Below, piece after piece: positions 19,738 through 29,898 of a stretch of DNA of 64,000 nt. Positions within the stretch are counted from its first letter, which is position 1; each line of letters opens with the position of its first letter. The position numbers were made by a program, and so were the translations under genes. The notes beneath the pieces are model-generated. The model saw nothing but the letters and a program-made list of their open reading frames with translations. It ran no database searches and was not told where the DNA came from. Location: positions 115,165-179,164 of the forward strand of contig JAWKPB010000018.1 of the NCBI GenBank assembly GCA_041390885.1, written 5' to 3'. The stretch comes from Anaerolineae bacterium. GTDB taxonomy: Bacteria; Chloroflexota; Anaerolineae; Aggregatilineales; Phototrophicaceae.

Positions 19738-20736
19738 ATGACCAACAAACACGTCCTCGTGACCGACTACACATGGCCCACCACCGCCGTCGAAGCCGCT
19801 GTGCTGGCCGAGGTGGGCGCTGACCTGCTGCTGGCGCAGCGCGGCGACGAAGCCGAACTGCTGGAACTGGTGCCGCAGGCCGATGCCATCCTGACCTGCT
19901 TCAAGAAAGTCTCGCCGGAGGTGGTACGCGCCGGGAGCAAGCTGCAAGTCATCGGGCGCTACGGCATCGGCGTGGATAATATCGCGGTGGAGGAAGCCAC
20001 GCGCCTCGGCATCCCCGTCACCAACGTGCCCGCTTACTGTCTGGACGAAGTGGCCGAACACACACTGGCGCTGCTGCTGGCCTGCGCCCGCAACATTGCC
20101 CACTACAACAGCGCCGTCCGCAGCGGCGACTGGGCGCTCAACAGCCAGCGCCGTTTGTTCCGGCTGCACGGGCGGGCGCTGGGCATCATCGGCTTCGGCA
20201 AGATCGGGCAGACGCTGGCGCAGCGGGCGCTGGGTTTCGGCCTGCGCGTGCTGGCCTATGACCCGCATGTGGATGAGGCCGTCATCCGGCACAACGGCTG
20301 CGACATGGTGGGGCTGGATGAGCTGCTGGCGCGGGCCGATTTCGTCAGCCTGCACACCCCGCTCAACCCCTCCACCCAGCATCTGATGAACGCTGAACGG
20401 CTGCAGCGCATGAAGCCCACGGCCTTCCTCATCAACACGGCCCGCGGTGGGTTGGTGGATCATGAGGCGCTGCTGCAAGCCCTGCGCGAGGGCTGGATTG
20501 CCGGGGCGGGTTTGGATGTGTTTGAGGGAGAACCGCTGGCCGCCGACCACCCCTTGCTGGCCCAGCCCAACCTGATCGCCACGCCCCACACGGCCTTCTA
20601 CTCGGAAGAATCGCTGGTGGAACTGCAAACCAAAGCCGCGCAAAATGTGGCGGCCATCCTTGCCGGGAGGCGGCCTGCGGCGGTGGTCAACCCGCAGGTG
20701 CTGGAGCTGCCGCGCTGGGGGGGGTTACAACCATAA
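19738..20736 (+). CDS. D-isomer-specific 2-hydroxyacid dehydrogenase (CtBP-like)
   Basis: GIGVDNI, GIIGFGKIG, LINTARG, GLDVFEGEP, TPHTAFYS. Confidence 0.92.
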   Translation: MTNKHVLVTDYTWPTTAVEAAVLAEVGADLLLAQRGDEAELLELVPQADAILTCFKKVSPEVVRAGSKLQVIGRYGIGVDNIAVEEATRLGIPVTNVPAYCLDEVAEHTLALLLACARNIAHYNSAVRSGDWALNSQRRLFRLHGRALGIIGFGKIGQTLAQRALGFGLRVLAYDPHVDEAVIRHNGCDMVGLDELLARADFVSLHTPLNPSTQHLMNAERLQRMKPTAFLINTARGGLVDHEALLQALREGWIAGAGLDVFEGEPLAADHPLLAQPNLIATPHTAFYSEESLVELQTKAAQNVAAILAGRRPAAVVNPQVLELPRWGGLQP

Positions 20737-20768
20737 TGGATAATCGAGTTCAATTTTGCCTGATTTGG

Positions 20769-20806
20769 GTAGGGGAGGATTAGCGCGTCAGCGCGTATAT
20801 CCTCCC
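20769..20806 (+). repeat. REP-like GTAG palindrome (variant)
   Basis: GTAG-GGGAGGATTAGCGCG-TCAG-CGCGTATATCCTCCC imperfect stem. Confidence 0.55.
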
Positions 20807-20899
20807 GCATTATCCTTCGTGTGATTGCCTCCCCGCTTGCCCATCTTCGCCCCTTCAGGTTATCCTTACCGCTAACACCAACAGCAGGGGCATAACCAC

Positions 20900-23800
20900 A
20901 TGGCCGACAAACGCTACGTCTTCCTCTCCTATGGCCGCCGCGATGTCTACCCGCAGGGCGTGACCAATCCCGTCGAGCAGGAGCAGCACTTCCCCCTCGT
21001 CGAAAAGATCTATCACCACCTGAACGGCCTCAAGGACACGCTCGGCCTTGAACCGTGGTTCGATAAACGCTGCCTGACCCATGACCGCCCCTTTACCGAT
21101 AGTATCAATTACGCCGTCGAACAATCCGACTACCTCCTCTTGTTCATCGGTGCTCACAGTATGGCCTCCGAGTGGTGCGAACGCGAATGGAAACATGCCC
21201 TGCGCCACTGTGTTCCCATCATTCCTATCTTGCTCGAAGGCCAGTGGAGCGACCCTACTGTCCAAAAAACCTATGGTTCGCGTCTCCTCAGCACCGATGG
21301 CATTAATCCTCTGCGGCCTGACGCCACCATTGATGAAAACCATCTCCTCACCCGCATCGTGGATATTGTCCGCCAAACGCCAGCCCCCCTCACCGTCCCC
21401 ATCAACGCCCGCACCCTGCCTGACCACTACATCGAACGTCCGCAGTATATCAATGACCTCAAAAAGCGCTTGGGTGTCAATGACATCAACTACCGGGCGC
21501 AGTCCAACATCGTCGCCATCACCTCCAAGCAGGAAAGCGCCGCCTTGCAAGGGGTGGGCGGCATCGGTAAGACCACGCTGGCCTCTGCCCTCTGTGCCGA
21601 CTGCGATGTCCGCCGCGCCTTCGACCACATCTTCTGGCTCGAAGCCGGGCCTGATGTGAAGGCCGAGGCTGCCCCCGGCCTGATGCGCGTACGGCACGCA
21701 TTTCGGCGACAATCCCGAACTCTACAATGACCTACAAACCGCCCGCGCCCTGCTGCAAAAACATTTGAACGGCAAACGCTCCCTTGTGGTGCTGGATGAT
21801 GTCTGGCACGAAGGACTGAAGAGCAATTTTCCTGGCGGGTATTGACCTGCGGCTGGTGGTAACGACCCGCCAGAAGCGACTCGTTGATAATCCCGAAACG
21901 GTGGACAACCAGCGCCGACGAGGCTTGCGCCTGCTGGCAACCCTCTTCAACCCGGCCAACCCGACCCCGCCAGCCTGACTGCTGACCACCGCGCCATCGT
22001 CACTGAACTGGACGGCTACACACTGGCGGTTGAAATTGCGGGCAAGTGGCTAATCGAGAACGAAGCCACCCCCGCCTACTACCTGCAAAAGCTCCCTCCA
22101 CCGAAAGCGCCTCGATGATCCCGATCTGCAACTCAGTGAAAGCGACAAAAATAAAAATCTGGCGCTCTCCCTTTCTCTCAGCTACAACGCCTCAAGCCGG
22201 ACGACCAGCGCCGTTCCGCGCCCTCGGCATCTTCGCCCCCAACAGCAGCTTTTCGCTGAAGGCGCTGAGCGCCCTCTGGAGATGGACGACGCCCAATTGG
22301 CCGCCCAGACCCTAGTCAAACTCGGCCTGCTCGAAAAGATCACTCCCGCTGTCGCCCCGTCTTCACTCCCTGCACCGGATATCGCCCCATCTGAAATTCC
22401 CTCCCTGATACGGGGGAGGGTCAGGGAGGGGGTTGCATGAGGATTACGCTACACTCAGCACACCCTCCTCCGCGCATACGCCCGCGCCCTGTTGGGGCGA
22501 GAAAAGGAAACCAGCGAAGCGCAGAAACGCCATTTTGCTTTTTACGCGGTTACGCATGGCACAGGCGACAACACCGACTTAGACCGTTTCGACGGTGTGG
22601 CAGAAGACTTACCAATATTCAAACCGCTCTGACATGGGGTTTTACCCATTCGCCTGAATTGGCTTGTGACGTTGTGAACCATTTGGACAATTATCTGCTG
22701 GTACGCGAATCAACAGCAACGCGCCTTGACTTAATGAAAAAGCCCATCAGGCAGCAACTGACATCAACTATGTTCGGTCAGGCCAACACGCTTCGGGCGT
22801 TGGGCGATTTGGGTGCGGCTGATGAGTTGAAGCCAAAGGCTACTATGACCGCGCCCGCCCATTTATGAGCAGATCGGTGATCGGCTCGTCAGGCCAACAC
22901 GCTGCGTTGGGGATTTGAGTGTGCGGCTGGATGAGTTGACCTACAAACCGCCCGCGCCCTGCTGCAAAAACATTTGAACGGCAAACGCTCCCTTGTGGTG
23001 CTGGATGATGTCTGGCACGAAGGACTGAAAGAGCAATTTTCCCTGGCGGGTATTGACCTGCGGCTGGTGGTAACGACCCGCCAGAAGCGACTCGTTGATA
23101 ATCCCGAAACGGTGGACAAACTCAGCGCCGACGAAGGCTTGCGCCTGCTGGCAACCCTCTTCAACCCGGCCAACCCCGACCCCGCCAGCCTGACTGCTGA
23201 CCACCGCGCCATCGTCACTGAACTGGACGGCTACACACTGGCGGTTGAAATTGCGGGCAAGTGGCTAATCGAGAACGAAGCCACCCCCGCCTACTACCTG
23301 CAAAAGCTCCACTCCACCGAAAGCGCCCTCTTTGATGATCCCGATCTGCAACTCAGTGAAAGCGACAAAAATAAAAATCTGGCGCTCTCCCTTTCTCTCA
23401 GCTACAACGCGCTCAAGCCGGACGACCAGCGCCGTTTCCGCGCCCTCGGCATCTTCGCCCCCAACAGCAGCTTTTCGCTGAAGGCGCTGAGCGCCCTCTG
23501 GGAGATGGACGACGCCCAATTGGCCGCCCAGACCCTAGTCAAACTCGGCCTGCTCGAAAAGATCACTCCCGCTGTCGCCCCGTCTTCACTCCCTGCACCG
23601 GATATCGCCCCATCTGAAATTCCCTCCCCTGTATACGGGGGAGGGTCAGGGAGGGGGTTGCATGAGGATTTACGCTACACTCAGCACACCCTCCTCCGCG
23701 CATACGCCCGCGCCCTGTTGGGGCGAGAAAAGGAAACCAGCGAAGCGCAGAAACGCCATTTTGCTTTTTACGCGGTTACGCATGGCACAGGCGACAACAC

Positions 23801-24770
23801 CGACTTAGACCGTTTCGACGGTGTGGCAGAAGACTTCACTAATATTCAAACCGCTCTGACATGGGGTTTTACCCATTCGCCTGAATTGGCTTGTGACGTT
23901 GTGAACCATTTGGACAATTATCTGCTGGTACGCGAATCAACAGCAACGCGCCTTGACTTAATGAAAAAAGCCCATCAGGCAGCAACTGACATCAACTATG
24001 TTCCCGGTCAGGCCAACACGCTTCGGGCGTTGGGCGATTTGAGTGTGCGGCTGGATGAGTTGGAAGCCGCCAAAGGCTACTATGACCGCGCCCTGCCCAT
24101 TTATGAGCAGATCGGTGATCGGCTCGGTCAGGCCAACACGCTTATTGCGTTGGGCGATTTGAGTGTGCGGCTGGCTGAGTTGGAAGCCGCCAAAGGCTAC
24201 TATGACCGCGCCCTGCCCATTTATGAGCAGATCGGTGATCGGCTCGGTCAGGCCAACACGCTCAGAAGTGTCGGGAACTTGCTACAAGCGCAGCAGCAAT
24301 GGAACGAAGCAATTCTGTACTTTGAGGCTTCCCTCAAAATCTGTCAAATTATTCATGATGATTACACGCTAGGTATAGCTCTAACTGATATGTTGCCATC
24401 ATTGGTGGCGCTAGGACAACATGAAAATGCTTTGAAGAATGCCCTTACTGCTCTACAAATTGATTCAGATCGAAATCTTCAACAGGCAGTTAGAGTTGAT
24501 ATAAATACTATCAGGAAACTCAAGCAGCAAATCGGCGTATCTACTTTTGACACAGCATGGCAAAACGTGGTCGGTCAGCCCCAGCCCGATTGGTTGTCTG
24601 ATACACCCACATCCGGTACATCATCCGAAGATCAAGCCGCCCAAGCCTTCGCCCGCCTCTACCGTGAGCAGGGGGAAGCCGCCCTCCTCGCTGCTTTGCA
24701 AGACATGGGCGCTCCCCCTGACGCTATCCAACAAATTATCGAGGTCATCAAAGGCATGGACACCCAATAA
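20900..24770 (+). CDS. TIR - NB-ARC (STAND) - TPR protein, interrupted as given by a frameshift near 21690 and an internal 1.2-kb duplication
   Basis: TIR: VFLSY..PWFD..SEWCEREW; Walker A GVGGIGKTT (20900-21730 ORF); Walker B LVVLDDVW, LDGYTLAV, LSY..L, QHTLLRAYA and TPRs (22974-24770 ORF). Confidence 0.85.
21728..24180 (+). repeat. Tandem duplication: degenerate copy 21728-22936, intact copy 22937-24180
   Basis: Both copies begin TGACCTACAAACCGCCCGCGCCC and are collinear; the first differs mainly by many small deletions. Confidence 0.9.
24006..24262 (+). repeat. 120-bp near-identical tandem TPR-coding repeats (2 full plus a partial)
   Basis: GGTCAGGCCAACACGCT recurs at 24006, 24126 and 24246. 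Confidence 0.9.
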
Positions 24771-25010
24771 TTGCCGCGCCCGCCTGTTGCATCCCTACCA
24801 ACATTATATCGCTCCCACTGGTCTCCGCGTCCTCTGCGTCTCGGCGGTTCAAAGAATGTCGTCCCGGACTGCCGTAGGGACGGCATTTGGCAGGGGGCAG
24901 CAGGGCTGCCTTTAGTCGAACCTTTGGTTCGACCCCATTGCTATCCCGTCCGTCTTCCTAAATCCTCACACCCCGCTTCCCAAACCAACTTCTAACCCAT
25001 TCCTACCACA

Positions 25011-25046
25011 ATTCATATTGACAAATATGAACTTTTGTGCTACAAT
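25011..25046 (+). promoter_or_regulatory. Near-consensus sigma70 promoter with a palindrome over the -35
   Basis: TTGACA 25018-23, 17 bp, TGc-TACAAT 25038-46; TTCATATT/AATATGAA inverted repeat. Confidence 0.6.
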
Positions 25047-25343
25047 ACCCTTTGATTAAACATCTATCTTCCACCTAAACCTACTTGGCACAATAATGCC
25101 AATTGCCATTGCCGAATTTGCGTGCGACGCCTCCCTGTGGGATGCTAGTTTTGCCAACCTTCCCATATGTCGTCCCGCCGACGACGACTTCGCCGACATA
25201 TAATCCGTGAAAATATTGTCCGACATTGACGACTCTGACGACATTTCCGACATATGATCGTAACAAACCGTAATATACAATTCATGCACCACCAGCTAAG
25301 AGCCAATTGCTAACCCGCATCAGCCGCGCGGCAGCCTGACGGA

Positions 25344-25826
25344 CTAGAGCAGCCCTAAACGCTGTAATTCGTCTAAGATGAGTTGGCGCTTCTGGTCGTG
25401 GTTCAGGCGTTTCCAGTGGTCATGCTCGACCTTCGGAATTCTAAAGCTCTTGAGTTGAGGCGGATTGTCAAGCACATTAACCATACTCACGTTATCATCA
25501 GCGCAATGAGGGCAGTAGGGTTTTAGGCGGTAATATGAACCATCGGCTGCCCGATCACAACACAGGGCGTAGGCAACACTATGCATTTTTGCATCGTCCA
25601 GATGGTGCTCACGGGCGATGTCGGCACACAGGTTGATGCCCTCCTTAGCCACCGGATCCGTCACGGCGCTCCAATAGGCCATATCCCCGTTGCGGGCGTA
25701 GACAATCCATTCGCCGTACAGTGTACCCGGCAGTCCGTATACATCGAACTGCTGCCCGGTCTTATTGCATTTCCAGATCGAGCGGGACAAGGTTTCATTA
25801 CTGAATGAGGTGTGCGATAGCCACAT
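25344..25826 (-). CDS. Hypothetical protein, Cys-rich (CPHC)
   Basis: 160-aa ORF with AAGGA RBS; no recognised family. Confidence 0.6.
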   Translation of the reverse strand: MWLSHTSFSNETLSRSIWKCNKTGQQFDVYGLPGTLYGEWIVYARNGDMAYWSAVTDPVAKEGINLCADIAREHHLDDAKMHSVAYALCCDRAADGSYYRLKPYCPHCADDNVSMVNVLDNPPQLKSFRIPKVEHDHWKRLNHDQKRQLILDELQRLGLL

Positions 25827-25886
25827 TGGGTTGTCCTTTACCGTATTGGTGCAAGATCAGGTCAGTTCGCTTGACTGTATCCAGAC

Positions 25887-25910
25887 GGATGAGGCGTGCC
25901 TCATCCCTAC
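25887..25910 (-). repeat. GTAG-type REP
   Basis: GGATGAGGCGTGCCTCATCC-CTAC. Confidence 0.85.
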
Positions 25911-25953
25911 AAATATCCGCTTATTACTATGTGTCACCACGTTCATCACTACA

Positions 25954-27108
25954 CTATACAAGCCGCTCGACAATGGTGGCGGTGCCCATGCCGCCGCCGC
26001 AGCACATGGTTTGCAGGCCGTAGCGCTTGTCGTGGGTGTGGAGGGCGTGCAGGAGGGTGGTCATCAGCCGCGCACCGGACGCGCCGAGCGGATGGCCGAG
26101 GGCAATCGCCCCACCGTGCACATTGACCTTGCTCATATCCGCGCCCGTTTCGCGCTTCCACATGCCAATGACGCTGGCGAAGGCTTCATTGACCTCAAAT
26201 AAGTCTATGTCATCCACCGTCATTCCGGCGCGGGCTAAAACTTTGTGGGTGGCGGTGATGGGGCCGGTGAGCATGAGGTGCGGGTCGCTGCCAACGGTGA
26301 CCATTGCCACCAGCCGCGCGAGGGGTTGAAGGCCGAGCGAGTCGGCTTTTTCACGGCTCATGAGTACCAGCGCCGCCGCGCCATCGCTGATCTGGCTGCT
26401 GTTGCCAGCAGTGGTGACGCCATCGGTGGTGAAGGCGGGCTGGAGGGTCGCCATCTTTTCGAGCGAGGTGGTGGGACGCACGCCCTGATCGCGGCTGACA
26501 AGCTGGGGGTCGCCCGCCTCGTCCGTGCCTTCAACGGGCAGGATTTCGGTATCCAGCCAGCCGTTGGACTGGGCCTGCGCGGCCTTCATGTGGCTGTGGT
26601 AGCCGATGTCGTCCACCTCGGCGCGGGTAATGTCCCACTTGGCGGCGATTTCATCGGCGGCGATGCCCTGCGTAATGATGTTGTAGGCATCCATGATTTT
26701 ATCGGTGAAGGGCGTGCCGTCGGCGAGGCTGGAACCCATCGGCACGCGGGTCATGCTCTCCACACCGCCCGCGACGATGATGTCGGCCTGCCCGCCCGCG
26801 ATCATGCCTGCGGCGAGGTGGACGGCCTGCTGGCTGCTGCCGCACTGGAAATCAACGGTGGTAGCCGGCACTTCGACAGGCAGGCCAGCATCCAGCACGA
26901 CGTTGCGGGCGAGGTTGAAGGTTTGTTCACCGATCTGGCTGACGCAGCCCAAGATGACGTGCTCGACCTGCGCCGGGTCTAGGTTGGCGCGGGCGAGGGC
27001 TTCGCAGAGGGCGTGCGCGCCCAAGCGCACAGGGTGAATGTCGCGCAGCCAGCCGCTGCGGCGACCGAGCGGTGTGCGGGCGGCGGAGACGATGACGACT
27101 TCGGACAT
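25954..27108 (-). CDS. Acetyl-CoA C-acyltransferase (thiolase)
   Basis: QCGSSQQA, GGVESM, NEAFA, GGAIALGHPLGASG, CCGGGMG. Confidence 0.95.
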   Translation of the reverse strand: MSEVVIVSAARTPLGRRSGWLRDIHPVRLGAHALCEALARANLDPAQVEHVILGCVSQIGEQTFNLARNVVLDAGLPVEVPATTVDFQCGSSQQAVHLAAGMIAGGQADIIVAGGVESMTRVPMGSSLADGTPFTDKIMDAYNIITQGIAADEIAAKWDITRAEVDDIGYHSHMKAAQAQSNGWLDTEILPVEGTDEAGDPQLVSRDQGVRPTTSLEKMATLQPAFTTDGVTTAGNSSQISDGAAALVLMSREKADSLGLQPLARLVAMVTVGSDPHLMLTGPITATHKVLARAGMTVDDIDLFEVNEAFASVIGMWKRETGADMSKVNVHGGAIALGHPLGASGARLMTTLLHALHTHDKRYGLQTMCCGGGMGTATIVERLV

Positions 27109-27345
27109 GGTCACACCTCACAAGCGGATGAGATTGATGGTTCAATGATAGCGCGAAATGGCGGGCGGGGCGGGCGGGCGGCAAAGGATAGAATTTTGTA
27201 ACGGAATTATTTATTTTCTTCATCATCTAAATTCTTTATTACCTTTTCATTATGGTAAGCTAAAAGTGATGGACACTTCAAACTGTTTCCATCACACTCT
27301 GCATGCAGCTGCGTGCAGAATTGCCCATCATGAATAGGTTTACGA

Positions 27346-29880
27346 ATGGAAAAACTCAACATTCTTTCAGTGTGGACACGGTTAACCGAACCGCATTCGA
27401 GCATTACGGACATCGGGGAGCAGCGGCAGGCACGTTTGTTGGCTGGTCTGATGCTGGTATTTGCCCCATTGGCAACCTTCATCATCGTTCTCTTTCCGCT
27501 TTTTGACCCGACCACGACGCTGACGTTCTCATCACTGGTGAGCGCGGCGGCACTTTTCGGTCTATATGGATTGAGCCGCACGCGCCACGTTCAGGCAACT
27601 GCACTCTTGCTGGTGGTGGTGACAACCATAGCCATTATCTACCCGTCTTTATCAAGTTCAACCGCGCAGAATGCCAACTCGCTTTATTATCTGGTGATTC
27701 CTTTAGTGCTGGCAAGCATCCTGCTCCCACTGCGAGGACTGCTGACGGCGATTGTGGTGCTGGGGATCTCGATAGTGGCTGTGCCGCTGTTTAACATACT
27801 CCCCACGAATATTGCCGGACCCATGACCATTTTTGGCATCAGCTCAGTGCTACTGGTGATCTTTGTTGTGCACCGTGATGGGCTGCAACAGGACCGGCAG
27901 GGAGAAATCGGGAATGCGCTGGCACAGGCGGAAGCAGCGAACGCCGCGCTGGCAGAGTCGCAGCGCATGCTGAAATTGGTGATGGACTCGATCCCACAAA
28001 ATATCTGCTGGAAAGATCGCAATTCGGTATATATGGGCAGCAACCGGAACTTTGCAAAACTGCTGGGCTTTAACTCGCCGGAAGAACTGATCGGCAAGAG
28101 CGATTTTGATGTGCCGGGTTCGGCAGAAAAGGCCGCGGATTTTCAACGTGACGACCGGCGCGTGATGGAGGCAGACAAGGCAGAACTAAACTTTGAAGAA
28201 GAGCTGCCGCGTGCTGACGGTTCTATTTCATGGTTAAGCACGACCAAGATCCCCCTTCACGACGCGAAAAATAATGTCAACGGCGTGCTGGTGATGCTTG
28301 AAGACATTACAGCGCGCAAGCAGCAGGAACTGGAAGTGTTGGAGTCGCGCAATTTTCTACAGCTGGTTCTGGATACGATCCCGGTAGGTGTTTTCTGGAA
28401 GGACCGTGATTCATTTGTGGTGGGGTGCAATAAGCTTTTTGCGCAGGATGCCGGTTTTGACGATGTTGCGGCCTTACTCGGTCATGAGGGCAAGAAACGA
28501 GTAGCCCCGAAAGAAGAATCTAAATTCCGGGCCGATGAACTCGAGATCATGGAAACCGGTATCCCGAGGCTGGGATATGAGGAGATATTAACCCTACCCA
28601 ACCGTGATTCCCTAATTATCCAAACTAACAAACTGCCCCTACGGAATACCAGCGGCGAAATCATCGGCACTCTCGGCACTTATACTGACATCACCCGGCG
28701 CAAGCAGCAAGAACAGGAAGTGCGTGAATCACGCAATTTGCTGCAGCTCGTTCTGGATACGATCCCGGTGCGGGTGTTCTGGAAGGACAGCAACCTGACC
28801 TATCTGGGCTGCAATCAATTGTTCGCCAATGACGCGAATCTCCAGTCGCCCGCCGACATCATCGGGCGGACCGACTACGAATTGTTCCCCGGCGATGCCG
28901 ACATGTACCGTGCTGACGACCAGCGGGTGATCGACACAGGAGATGTCAAACTCAACTTTGAAGAACCCCAAACACTGGGTGACGGCTCGCAAATCTGGCT
29001 GCGTACCAGCAAGATCCCGCTGCGCAACATCGCGGGCGATATTGTGGGTGTGATGGGTACTTACGACGACATCACCGAACAACGACGCCAGGAAGATGTG
29101 CGTAACGAGCTCATTCAGGAACTTCAGACTGCCAACATACTGGCTGAGGAAAGTGTCCGCCTGAAATCAGAATTCATGTCTACCATGTCACACGAACTAC
29201 GGACACCGCTCAATGCTATTCGCGGCTTCACCGGCATCATGCTGGAAGGTATGGGTGGGGACATTGACGACGAGGCACGGCACATGCTGGGGCGCATCGA
29301 CTCTAATAGTGCGCGTTTGCTAGGCTTGATTAACGATCTGCTGGACATCGCGAAGATCGAAGCGGGGCGCATGGAATTGGTGAACGAGCCACTTTCACCG
29401 CACGCACTGGCCGAACGTTGGGAGGCACTCAACGGAGTCTTGGCTGAACAAAAGGGCTTGAAACTAAACGTAACGGTCGATCCTGAGCTACCGCAAACGG
29501 TCGTTGGAGACTCCGAGCGCCTGACCCAAGTGGTCACTAACCTCATCTCCAATGCCATCAAATTTACCCATGTTGGTGGGGTAACGCTTAATCTGAAACG
29601 GCAAAATGAGCAGTGGATCATCCAGGTCAGCGACACCGGAATTGGCATCCCGCCGCACGCGCTGAATTACATCTTCGACGAGTTCCGTCAGGTGGATGGT
29701 TCAACCAAGCGCGCCTATGGTGGCAGCGGCTTGGGATTGGCGATTGTCCGCAATCTGTGCCGGATGATGGGCGGCAACATCAAGGTCACCAGCGAACTGG
29801 GTAAGGGAAGTGTATTCACGGTGAACCTGCCGCTGGTATTCAATAAACAAAATGAAACATCGCTGTTAGAGACGGCTTGA
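27346..29880 (+). CDS. Membrane sensor histidine kinase with three PAS domains
   Basis: TM N-terminus, three repeats of LV(M/L)D(S/T)IP..WKD, SHELRTPL H-box, NAIKFT, DTGIGI, GSGLGL. Confidence 0.95.
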   Translation: MEKLNILSVWTRLTEPHSSITDIGEQRQARLLAGLMLVFAPLATFIIVLFPLFDPTTTLTFSSLVSAAALFGLYGLSRTRHVQATALLLVVVTTIAIIYPSLSSSTAQNANSLYYLVIPLVLASILLPLRGLLTAIVVLGISIVAVPLFNILPTNIAGPMTIFGISSVLLVIFVVHRDGLQQDRQGEIGNALAQAEAANAALAESQRMLKLVMDSIPQNICWKDRNSVYMGSNRNFAKLLGFNSPEELIGKSDFDVPGSAEKAADFQRDDRRVMEADKAELNFEEELPRADGSISWLSTTKIPLHDAKNNVNGVLVMLEDITARKQQELEVLESRNFLQLVLDTIPVGVFWKDRDSFVVGCNKLFAQDAGFDDVAALLGHEGKKRVAPKEESKFRADELEIMETGIPRLGYEEILTLPNRDSLIIQTNKLPLRNTSGEIIGTLGTYTDITRRKQQEQEVRESRNLLQLVLDTIPVRVFWKDSNLTYLGCNQLFANDANLQSPADIIGRTDYELFPGDADMYRADDQRVIDTGDVKLNFEEPQTLGDGSQIWLRTSKIPLRNIAGDIVGVMGTYDDITEQRRQEDVRNELIQELQTANILAEESVRLKSEFMSTMSHELRTPLNAIRGFTGIMLEGMGGDIDDEARHMLGRIDSNSARLLGLINDLLDIAKIEAGRMELVNEPLSPHALAERWEALNGVLAEQKGLKLNVTVDPELPQTVVGDSERLTQVVTNLISNAIKFTHVGGVTLNLKRQNEQWIIQVSDTGIGIPPHALNYIFDEFRQVDGSTKRAYGGSGLGLAIVRNLCRMMGGNIKVTSELGKGSVFTVNLPLVFNKQNETSLLETA

Positions 29881-29898
29881 TAAGAGGTAATAAGGCAA

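Noticed and set aside
19690-21712. Long antisense ORFs (19690-20643, 20855-21712; likewise 13044-13763, 26245-26982, 55897-56736)
   Set aside because: Shadow frames of well-supported opposite-strand genes with high GC3; no motifs of their own.
22046-22868. ORFs 22046-22315 and 22437-22868 as independent genes
   Set aside because: They are frameshifted pieces of the degenerate duplicate of the NB-ARC/TPR region.
24006-24262. CRISPR array
   Set aside because: The repeats are contiguous 120-bp coding units without unique spacers, and there are no cas genes.
27950-29100. DNA-level repeats in the histidine kinase (e.g. GTTCTGGATACGATCCCGGT twice)
   Set aside because: Explained by ordinary PAS-domain duplication.
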